A stretch of 10,184 nt of DNA, counting the filler, from Bacteriovoracaceae bacterium (GTDB lineage Bacteria; Bdellovibrionota; Bacteriovoracia; Bacteriovoracales; Bacteriovoracaceae): NCBI GenBank assembly GCA_965217035.1. It is 2 parts of 2 records of this genome, joined end to end, with 100 filler letters (N's around TTAATTAATTAA, not from the genome) between each part and the next. Parts side by side here need not be neighbours in the genome. Positions count along the whole stretch, not along the records: positions 1 to 4,942 come from CBDCHD010000001.1; positions 5,043 to 10,184 come from CBDCHD010000002.1. One strand, given 5' to 3'. Position numbers and translations under genes: made by a program. Under the pieces are notes generated by a model. It was given only the letters and a program-made list of their open reading frames with translations, was not told where the DNA came from and ran no database searches. Position 1 is the stretch's first letter; each line of letters opens with the position of its first letter. Below, piece after piece: positions 1 to 6,854 of the stretch.

Positions 1-467
1 TCAGTTGTGTTTCAAAGAGTGGAAAAATGTTTGAAAGAGAAATTGAGGGATATGTTGCTGATGATAAGGACAATATTTTTGGGATTAGGGGAAAAATTGT
101 TAGTAAACAAGATAGAGTTGCAGCAATGGCATTTCTATCTAGTGTTGTTGAAGGGGTTGGAAAATCTATTCAACAAGCCCAATCTCAACAAACACAAAAC
201 GCTTTAGGACAAAGTTCTTCGATTATCACAGGTAATCAAGGAAAGTATATTGCCGCAGGAGGTGTCAGTAACGCGGCATCTTTGGTGACTCAATGGTATT
301 TAAAGCAAGCTCAATCCCTTCTTCCTTATATTGAAGTAGGAAGTGGTATTGATACTTGGCTTATCATGACGAAATCAATTTCTCTTCCTAAAAGCTATTT
401 TAGAGAACTTAAAAGGAGTAAAAACAATGAAAAAGAATATTCTCATTACACTAATCTTTTGTTCTAG
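1..467 (+). CDS. traB: Conjugative T4SS core protein TraB/VirB10-like, C-terminal part (5'-truncated by window edge)
   Basis: Frame is open from position 3 (SCVSKSGK) into the track ORF 27..467. SCV...E..GYV..(D)N..GIRG.IVSK...AF...VEG.G, a Gly/Ala-rich segment (AAGGVSNAASLVTQWYLKQAQ) and P.IEV.SG fit the TraB/TrbI C-terminal domain. Lies upstream of a lipoprotein and a VirB4 gene, as in traB-traV-traC. Confidence 0.85.
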   Translation, partial: SCVSKSGKMFEREIEGYVADDKDNIFGIRGKIVSKQDRVAAMAFLSSVVEGVGKSIQQAQSQQTQNALGQSSSIITGNQGKYIAAGGVSNAASLVTQWYLKQAQSLLPYIEVGSGIDTWLIMTKSISLPKSYFRELKRSKNNEKEYSHYTNLLF

Positions 468-699
468 TCTTCTGTCAGGTTGTTCCTCAACTGGCCTTCG
501 AGTAAGAATGCTTAACGAAAGAGCAGAGTATAATAAGTCGAAGAACCAGAAACTTAAATCTAACAAAAGAAAAAAACTCAATAGGGAGCCATCAAAAAAA
601 GCAAAAGTTTACGTTGTCGATCATGAACTATCTTCTGGCGATTATTTCCTTGGAGGATGGATTGAGGTTATCTACGAAAAAGAAAAATGGACTAACTAA
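427..699 (+). CDS. traV: Small outer-membrane lipoprotein, TraV-like (90 aa)
   Basis: Basic N-terminus, hydrophobic core and lipobox LSG-C19 (TGT 481-483). AGGAG at 414-418. C-terminal KVYVVDHELSSGDYFLGGWIEVIYEKEKW resembles the TraV C-terminal motif (rvwi.p..d..GDl..ggyvy.v.....W). Sits between traB and traC and overlaps traB by 41 nt. Confidence 0.7.
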   Translation: MKKNILITLIFCSSLLSGCSSTGLRVRMLNERAEYNKSKNQKLKSNKRKKLNREPSKKAKVYVVDHELSSGDYFLGGWIEVIYEKEKWTN

Positions 700-781
700 A
701 AGCTAGTTAAAACAAACAAGAAGGTCTTTTTGAAAGCACTCAGTTGAGCGCAAGGGACACTTTTAATTAAAAAGGAATAAA

Positions 782-3370
782 ATGCAACAAGAAGAAATAG
801 AAAATAAGGTATTAAGAGAAACCTTATCAAATTCAAAAATTTTTGCTGATGCTCTTTTTTCTCGCCCGGAGTCTTTAACAAAATATCTCCCCTATTCTGA
901 GTTTCTAAAAGAGAAAAATATATTTGTGTTAAAAGATGGTTCGTTAGGTGCCGTATTAAAACTAAGTTTGGTTGAGCACGAACCCTTGAATGCTGCGGAG
1001 ATAAAGAAGAGCATTCAAAGGCTTTCAACTTGGTTTAATTTACCTGAAAACTGTGTATTGCAAGTCTTACACGAACAAAGCCATATAAGTCCAAGGGACA
1101 AGCTTTGGGATGAATTAAAAGATCATTTTGAAAGCTCACACCCCGTATCTAAATCGCTTTTTGAGAAAAGAGTTGAACAATTTCAACATTTAAAAGAGTT
1201 AGACTCAGATAAACTTAGGCCAATAAAGCGAGAGACATTTATCTCTATTAGGTATTTCCCGAATGGCTTAAAAAAAGCAGGAACAATTAAATCTTTTTTA
1301 AAAAGAGATGAATTTGTTCTGTTTATGGAAACGAAAAACTTTATTAAGTCGTTAAAGTCCTTTGAATCAATTCTCAAAGACTTTAAATCAAACTCTTTTC
1401 ATAGCGTAGAGCAAATTAACGCAGAAAAGCTCACTGACTTTCTAAGGAGATCATTTAACCCAAAAACGTATTATAAAAGAGACTTTGCCCCAATTAATTA
1501 CAATGAAAGCTTGAGCGATCAATTTCTTTATAATAGTCCAACTTTGGACTACAAAGGAATTGAACGAGAAGAACATAAGACACGAGTTTTATCACTAAAA
1601 TGTCCACCTTCTCATGCTTACGCAGGGGCTGCGGCACTTTTTACAAAACAGACCTTTCCCTTTTCTCTTTCTTACAATTTTAGTTTCCCTAAAAAAGAGA
1701 AAGTCCGAAACTTCTTAAACTTCAAAAAATTTCTTCTGGATAAAACAAAATCCGTTTCAGGAAAAATACAACTTCAAGAAATTGAAGAAACAGAGAAAGC
1801 ACTTGCCAGAGGTGATAAATGCGTTTTTTTAACTTTAAATGTCATAGTCAGTGCCGAAAATGATGAAATCCTTGAAGATCGTATAAGAAAAATAACGAAA
1901 GTTTTCAATACTGATCTTGAATGTGAAGTTATTGAAGAAGATGAAATAGGTCTAGGACTTTATCTGAACTCACTTCCACTAAATTACACACCTCGAACTG
2001 ACTTATCTGCTCAAAGGTGTATCAAAATATTGCAAAGTGATGCTCAGTGTTTTTTGCCTATTTATGATTCATTCAAGGGAATTGGTACTGACAATCTTAA
2101 TCAACTTTATTTATCTAGAGAAAACAATCTTGTTAGCTTTAGTCTAAAAACGAATAAGATTAGCAACCATACTGTAGTATGCGCTGATACTGGAGCAGGA
2201 AAATCCACATTCATTTTAGACTTAATGGAAGGATGCAAGAAAGAATCTCCTGAGCCAAACGTATTTTATATAGAACAAAAAGCCAGTAGTGCTTTTTGTG
2301 CTGAAATTTTTGATGGCGATGTTACTGTTTTTGAGCATGACAAGGAAATTCCTTTTAGTCCCTTTAGAGGTATTTATGATGAAACCAAGATCAAATTCCT
2401 TACTCAGCTTCTATCAACTGCAATAAAACTCACCTCGCCTAACTTTACTGTAGAAAGTGAACATATTTCAGCTATCACAACAGCTTTAAAATATGCCTAC
2501 CTTTCGAGGCTAGACAAGGAGGGTATGGTTTATCTTGATGGTGACTTTGTAGAACTTGGAGACAAAGGCGAAATTGAAATTTCTATGGAAGATTTCGTTG
2601 AACAGTTGGCAACTCTTACAAGTCTTCCTGAGTTTGAAAAGCTTGGAAATCAAATTGAAGAAATACTTCATAAACTAAAACCTTTCTACGGTGATGGTAT
2701 TTATGCAAAATATTTTGCAAACAATACTCAGAGAAAAAGAAAAAAAACTAAGTTTTATGTTTATGACCTAGATGCTCTTAATGGTGATGAGACACTTCTT
2801 GCTCTTATGACAATGAGTGTAATTGAAGAAATCAGACAGACTATCAAAGCCTCTTCAAGTGAGGCCTGTGGAGGCTATATTGTTATTGAAGAGTTAGGAA
2901 TGCTTGGGAGAAACAACCCTCAAGCTGCTGCTTTTGTTATTGAAGCAGCCGAGACTTTCAGGAAACTAGGTCATTGGCTTGTTTCTCTTACGCCTGATCC
3001 GAGAAATTACGTTGATCTTGAAGTAGGACAAGCAATGGTCGCTGCTGCCGACAACTTCATCTTTCTTTCAATGAAATCAACAAATATTAAGTACTTTTTA
3101 GAAAAAACTGACATTTTAGATAAAACGAGTGCTCAGATTGTTGAAAGTCTTGAGACAGTCTATGGAAGTCATGCTGATGTGTTCTTTATTAACAAAGACA
3201 AAACCCAAAAAGGAGCCTTTAGGCTTATCCAAGCTCCTTTTAGGCGGTGGCTCTGCCCTTCAAATTTGGAAGAAAATACTTTCGCGAAGAAAGCTGTTGA
3301 AAAATTTGATGGTGATGGAAAGAAAGCCCTTGAATATTTAACAGAAAACTATCCAGAGGGGGTTGCATGA
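782..3370 (+). CDS. traC: Type IV secretion ATPase, TraC/VirB4 family (862 aa)
   Basis: N-terminal YLPY...F.L.DGSLG typical of TraC. Walker A ADTGAGKS at 2183-2206. Walker B-position strand YIVIEE at 2876-2893. Conserved FRK.G at 2957-2971. Size and context fit. AAGGA at 772-776. Confidence 0.9.
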   Translation: MQQEEIENKVLRETLSNSKIFADALFSRPESLTKYLPYSEFLKEKNIFVLKDGSLGAVLKLSLVEHEPLNAAEIKKSIQRLSTWFNLPENCVLQVLHEQSHISPRDKLWDELKDHFESSHPVSKSLFEKRVEQFQHLKELDSDKLRPIKRETFISIRYFPNGLKKAGTIKSFLKRDEFVLFMETKNFIKSLKSFESILKDFKSNSFHSVEQINAEKLTDFLRRSFNPKTYYKRDFAPINYNESLSDQFLYNSPTLDYKGIEREEHKTRVLSLKCPPSHAYAGAAALFTKQTFPFSLSYNFSFPKKEKVRNFLNFKKFLLDKTKSVSGKIQLQEIEETEKALARGDKCVFLTLNVIVSAENDEILEDRIRKITKVFNTDLECEVIEEDEIGLGLYLNSLPLNYTPRTDLSAQRCIKILQSDAQCFLPIYDSFKGIGTDNLNQLYLSRENNLVSFSLKTNKISNHTVVCADTGAGKSTFILDLMEGCKKESPEPNVFYIEQKASSAFCAEIFDGDVTVFEHDKEIPFSPFRGIYDETKIKFLTQLLSTAIKLTSPNFTVESEHISAITTALKYAYLSRLDKEGMVYLDGDFVELGDKGEIEISMEDFVEQLATLTSLPEFEKLGNQIEEILHKLKPFYGDGIYAKYFANNTQRKRKKTKFYVYDLDALNGDETLLALMTMSVIEEIRQTIKASSSEACGGYIVIEELGMLGRNNPQAAAFVIEAAETFRKLGHWLVSLTPDPRNYVDLEVGQAMVAAADNFIFLSMKSTNIKYFLEKTDILDKTSAQIVESLETVYGSHADVFFINKDKTQKGAFRLIQAPFRRWLCPSNLEENTFAKKAVEKFDGDGKKALEYLTENYPEGVA

Positions 3371-4689
3371 AATCTTTAGCGATTTTAACTTTTTTTATAG
3401 CAATCACTTCTCAAGCAGAAACAGGATTTAATTATCGTCATTCGGGCAAACTCTCTCCAAGTGATTATTTACTTAATAATGGTGGTAGGAATAAAGACCC
3501 TATTTTCGATGAACACAGCACAGTCGATTTAGGATTAAATCTAGGAGTTGGTTCTGATTGTGGAAGAATCGATTTAAAAGGAACTTTAAAGGCAACCTTA
3601 AAAAATCTTCTTGATAGCAGATATTTTGAACAGATGGGACAAGACATTCTCGCTGCATCTCCGATGCTCGCCGCCTGTTGGTATTCACCAACTTGGTGTT
3701 CGATTTTAAAGCATTATAGAGTGAATAGTAATTTCCTAAGCCAACTTAGAATTAATCAATGTAAGCTTATTGAGAAGTACCAAGACTCAAGAGTTGAAGA
3801 CTTCTATGCAGAAAGACAAAATTGCTACTACAAGGCCCTGAGAAAGCATAATGGGAATGCAGACTCAGCAATGGAGGAATGCAAAAACCATGATCTCTAC
3901 CAATATAATCTAGCGAATTGGGCCGGTTCAAGTGATGGAGCAACAACAGGAACAAATAAGCTTATTGAATCTTCTGCTAAATGGGCCGGATTTAAAGGAG
4001 AAGAAAGCAATCGGATTATCGACCTTGCAAAATCAATGGTTGGAGATATGGTTGTCTCTAAGGGAAAGCTTTCTATTGACTATGGGCCTAGAAAACTTGC
4101 CGCTACACCAAGAACTCATTTAGAGTATTTAACGAAAGAAGTTGAAGAACTTCTTTGCCACAAGTTAATTCCAAAAATTGATAAGGAAAAGCATAGAGCA
4201 ACAATTGAAAAGATTGTTAAGGATGATGACCTTGTTAAAATTAGTGGCTCAAAAGATAAAATTCTTATTGATAGGCAGTCTATCCGCTCCCTCTCCTACT
4301 TTCCATACAAGCAGAGAAGTTCTGCCTGTAAAAGAGTGGCCGAGACAATAGCTATAAATAGGTTCTCTTATGAAATGGATCAAACCCTTGATGTTCTCCA
4401 TGTATCTTCACAGAACGTAAACCTTCCAGAAAAAAAGCAGAGAAGACTTCGTTATGAAAAAGATGCTCTTGCTGCATCAGTAAAGAGAACACTAGAGCTT
4501 AATAAAGAACGGACAAAGCCTCTCAATAAAATTCTTAAAACGATTAATGAGGAAGGGATAAAGTACATTGACAAGAGTACCGCAAGAACTCTCAAAAATG
4601 ATGTTGATACTCTTAACTCGAAAAGAATTAAAGATGCTTTTTGGGACTGCTCAGATGGAATTATGTGTGGTTCAGGAGGTAGAGAATAA
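3367..4689 (+). CDS. Secreted Cys-rich conjugation protein, TraH-like / ICE PFL_4711-like (440 aa)
   Basis: Signal peptide (MKSLAILTFFIAITSQA-ET). Early GSDCGRIDL resembles the CGgiD/CGnfD motif, followed by SP...NQC as in TraH and PFL_4711 proteins. 10 Cys. ATGA overlap with the traC stop, and directly upstream of a TraG-like gene. Family assignment is by recalled motif similarity. Confidence 0.6.
   Translation: MKSLAILTFFIAITSQAETGFNYRHSGKLSPSDYLLNNGGRNKDPIFDEHSTVDLGLNLGVGSDCGRIDLKGTLKATLKNLLDSRYFEQMGQDILAASPMLAACWYSPTWCSILKHYRVNSNFLSQLRINQCKLIEKYQDSRVEDFYAERQNCYYKALRKHNGNADSAMEECKNHDLYQYNLANWAGSSDGATTGTNKLIESSAKWAGFKGEESNRIIDLAKSMVGDMVVSKGKLSIDYGPRKLAATPRTHLEYLTKEVEELLCHKLIPKIDKEKHRATIEKIVKDDDLVKISGSKDKILIDRQSIRSLSYFPYKQRSSACKRVAETIAINRFSYEMDQTLDVLHVSSQNVNLPEKKQRRLRYEKDALAASVKRTLELNKERTKPLNKILKTINEEGIKYIDKSTARTLKNDVDTLNSKRIKDAFWDCSDGIMCGSGGRE
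4674..4680 (+). promoter_or_regulatory. Shine-Dalgarno sequence for the TraG-like gene
   Basis: AGGAGGT, 8 nt before ATG at 4689. Confidence 0.75.
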
Positions 4690-4942
4690 TGTTTTCTCAT
4701 ACAGGCTATGATGCGCTATACAGCTATCTGGGACTCTCTTTACAATCAAAGCTTATGGAAATTCTGCTTTCAGAAAGCTTTTTCCACGGTGCAATCTTTT
4801 TTATTTTTGGGATCGTATTCTTTTGGACATTGATTCAATTTTTTTCAAGATATATGCCTTCTTCTTTAGTCAAAAGAAGAAATATTGCACTCTCTAAGTT
4901 TGTTGTCATTATCATGAGTTTATTTCTTGGGCTAACTATTTT
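4689..4942 (+). CDS. Membrane protein, probable TraG N-terminal domain (VirB6-like); 3'-truncated at block end
   Basis: TAATG overlap with the upstream stop. Strong RBS AGGAGGT at 4674-4680. Hydrophobic segments (GAIFFIFGIVFFWTLIQFF; FVVIIMSLFLGLTI). Position after a TraH-like gene matches traH-traG. The track end at 4994 comes from the artificial spacer. Confidence 0.55.
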
Positions 4943-5042
4943 NNNNNNNNNNNNNNNNNNNNNNNNNNNNNNNNNNNNNNNNNNNNTTAATTAATTAANN
5001 NNNNNNNNNNNNNNNNNNNNNNNNNNNNNNNNNNNNNNNNNN
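4943..5042. other. Artificial contig-joining spacer (44 N + TTAATTAATTAA + 44 N)
   Basis: Exactly 100 bp and symmetric. The 12-mer at 4987-4998 is palindromic and places TAA in all six frames. Genes are cut on both sides. Confidence 0.95.
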
Positions 5043-5219
5043 CTAAAACTTGAGAAATTAATAAAAGATTACTTCGCTAGCTTTGGTATTAATCGCCTTG
5101 TTCTAAATAAGTATTTATTAAAGAGCTTTATACAAAAGTTTGCAGGAATGGATGCTGATTATCTTCGAGGCGGAGACGATAGCTTTCTTAAAGGCGTTAT
5201 TCTAGCAACAAGCCTTTAA
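5043..5219 (+). CDS. Hypothetical protein, C-terminal fragment (5'-truncated; not in ORF track)
   Basis: Open frame from the first base after the gap: LKLEKLIKDYFASFGINRLVLNKYLLKSFIQKFAGMDADYLRGGDDSFLKGVILATSL*. TAA at 5217-5219 overlaps the stop of the convergent gene. Confidence 0.6.
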   Translation, partial: LKLEKLIKDYFASFGINRLVLNKYLLKSFIQKFAGMDADYLRGGDDSFLKGVILATSL

Positions 5220-5548
5220 GATACATGAAACTTCGAAAAGGCCGTATTGAATGTTCTTGAGAACTGCTTTAGGAATGAAGAGTCTTCTTCTATAAGGATC
5301 TCAACCACTTGAGATTTGATTCTCGATTTTTTTTCGCGAATATCATCATAAATATTGATGATTTGTGAATATTCTAATCGATAGGGAATCTTTCGCTCAA
5401 AGATATCTAACACTTTTCTTATTCTAAGATTCTCATTCTGTAAGAAGTTTAATACTTCAAAGTCATCCTTAATGTTTCGAGATTTAATTTTATTTTTTTT
5501 TTGCCGCATTCTCATCAAAGGTAAGAAAGTCTTCTGGTATTTCAACAC
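5216..5548 (-). CDS. Hypothetical basic protein (110 aa)
   Basis: Track ORF. GTG start shares base 5548 with the upstream TAG (coupling), and the ORF tiles the space without gaps. No recognisable motif. Confidence 0.6.
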   Translation of the reverse strand: MLKYQKTFLPLMRMRQKKNKIKSRNIKDDFEVLNFLQNENLRIRKVLDIFERKIPYRLEYSQIINIYDDIREKKSRIKSQVVEILIEEDSSFLKQFSRTFNTAFSKFHVS

Positions 5549-6082
5549 TATCTTTTTTCTTCATGATTATAATCCTTAAAAAGTTTTTTTAAGATGTCAT
5601 CAAGAAAGTTATACTCAATTAGTTCATCATAGAAGCGTTGATAATATAGATTCTCTTGATGCATGGATTCTAACAAAAATTTAGTATCGATATTTCTCAG
5701 TTTACTAGTATTGACAAAAATCTTTCTCAGAATCTTTAATTCTCTTTGGGAAGCTCCTTTATAACTTAGTTTAAAATGAGTAGGTAAGAGGCTTCTGGAC
5801 TTAATGGTTGAAAAGTAATTGTTAATGGGGAGAGGATCCTGGCTAATAATATAGAAAGGGTAAGGAAATTGTGGATGTAGACCACGACTTTTAAAAACAC
5901 TTTCAAGGTTTTCCACTAATCCAATAAGGCGGTCTTCTTCAAAGACGTTCTTTAATTTATTTAAATCAAGCAATAAAGGAATTTTTTCCAACTTGTTGCT
6001 CAAGTACTTCAACTTCTAACACATTGAAACTATCAAGTATTGTTTCATTAACTTCAAAATCTTTATATACGGGAAGTTCCAT
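5548..6082 (-). CDS. Hypothetical protein (~177 aa after repairing one frameshift)
   Basis: ATG at 6082 opens MELPVYKDFEVNETILDSFNVLEVEVLEQQVGK. Removing one base of the T6 run at 5982-5987 joins it to KIPLLLDL... of track ORF 5548..6012. An extended -10 lies just upstream. Contains HPQFPYPFYII. Confidence 0.6.
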
Positions 6083-6115
6083 TATCTCTTCATGCTGTTA
6101 TGAGGTAATATGATT

Positions 6116-6124
6116 ATTATAGCA
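6116..6124 (-). promoter_or_regulatory. Extended -10 promoter element TGcTATAAT
   Basis: Plus strand attatagca at 6116-6124 = TGCTATAAT on minus, a perfect TGnTATAAT, about 34 nt upstream of ATG 6082, inside the 74-bp divergent intergenic region. Confidence 0.6.
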
Positions 6125-6156
6125 AATTTGTAGAAGAATAAGAATTGGCCTAATTC

Positions 6157-6854
6157 ATGAACTATCCAATCTTGCATTTGCCTAAAGACTTTTGTCACTT
6201 ACTTAATGACTTTACTCTTCGAGGAACCGACCGAAATGATGCCGAGGCCTATGAATTACTTTATAAGAATACTCAGCTTCGAATGATTATCTCTTGCATT
6301 CGCCAAGAAGAAGAATTCAATAAATATAAAACAGAAGGGCAGCTAATTAAAACATTGGGTTGGGAGAAAACAAGAAATGAAATGGCAAGAAGGTATCTTC
6401 ATTTTCAAATTATATCGAGAATATACTCTTCGTCAGGATTTAGATATTGAAGATATATTAAGTATTAATGATCGTTTGCGACAATTTTCTATCGACGGTC
6501 CAATCAGTTTCATTTCTCTATTTGTTTTACTTGAAAATGGTTCAGCTAAAGCTTGTGAAGGAAGGTAGGAAAAAGGATTGTACTTTGAAGATTCCAGAAG
6601 TGATCTTCCAAACTCTTGCCAAATCAAAAGTGAAAATTGATCGCTTAGATTATATTCTTTTATTCTTAAGTAGTTTATTAAAAGGCATTGGTGAAAAGAA
6701 GCTGAAGACATTATTTAAAGCACCCACACTTGATTTTCATCAAGTCTGGGAAAAATTAGATCAGGATGTACAAGAGCGCTTTGTCTTTAACTCTTTAAAC
6801 TACAGCTGTTCTATTGATAATAAGTCTTATTTTCATAAAACCCAAAGTGATTAA
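6157..6854 (+). CDS. Hypothetical protein (~231 aa after repairing two frameshifts), possibly degenerate HDOD-like helical fold
   Basis: Three staggered track ORFs (6157..6450, 6377..6568, 6468..6854) step frame 1>2>3. Single-base deletions near 6402-6409 and at CC 6500-6501 give a continuous read ...RRYLHF(Q)LYREYTLRQDLDIEDILSINDRLRQFSIDGQSVSFLYLFYLKM.... The HDOD resemblance (LP..., LGW..TRN) is weak inference. Confidence 0.6.

Noticed and set aside
761..772. 12-bp palindrome TTTTAATTAAAA before the traC RBS
   Set aside because: AT-only in an AT-rich sequence, single copy, and no stable stem. Not distinguishable from chance.
7..4700. Short alternative ORFs (7..207, 375..581, 696..1028, 1183..1377, 3129..3341, 3465..3647, 3500..3691, 3767..3955, 3932..4123, 4452..4700)
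   Set aside because: They overlap well-supported tra genes in other frames or antisense and have no recognisable motifs.
4987..4998. TTAATTAATTAA as a biological palindrome, att site or repeat
   Set aside because: It is centred in symmetric N runs and encodes stops in six frames, so it is synthetic.
6142..6156. Small inverted repeat GAATT-ggcct-AATTC just before ATG 6157
   Set aside because: Only a 5-6 bp AT-rich stem, too weak to call.
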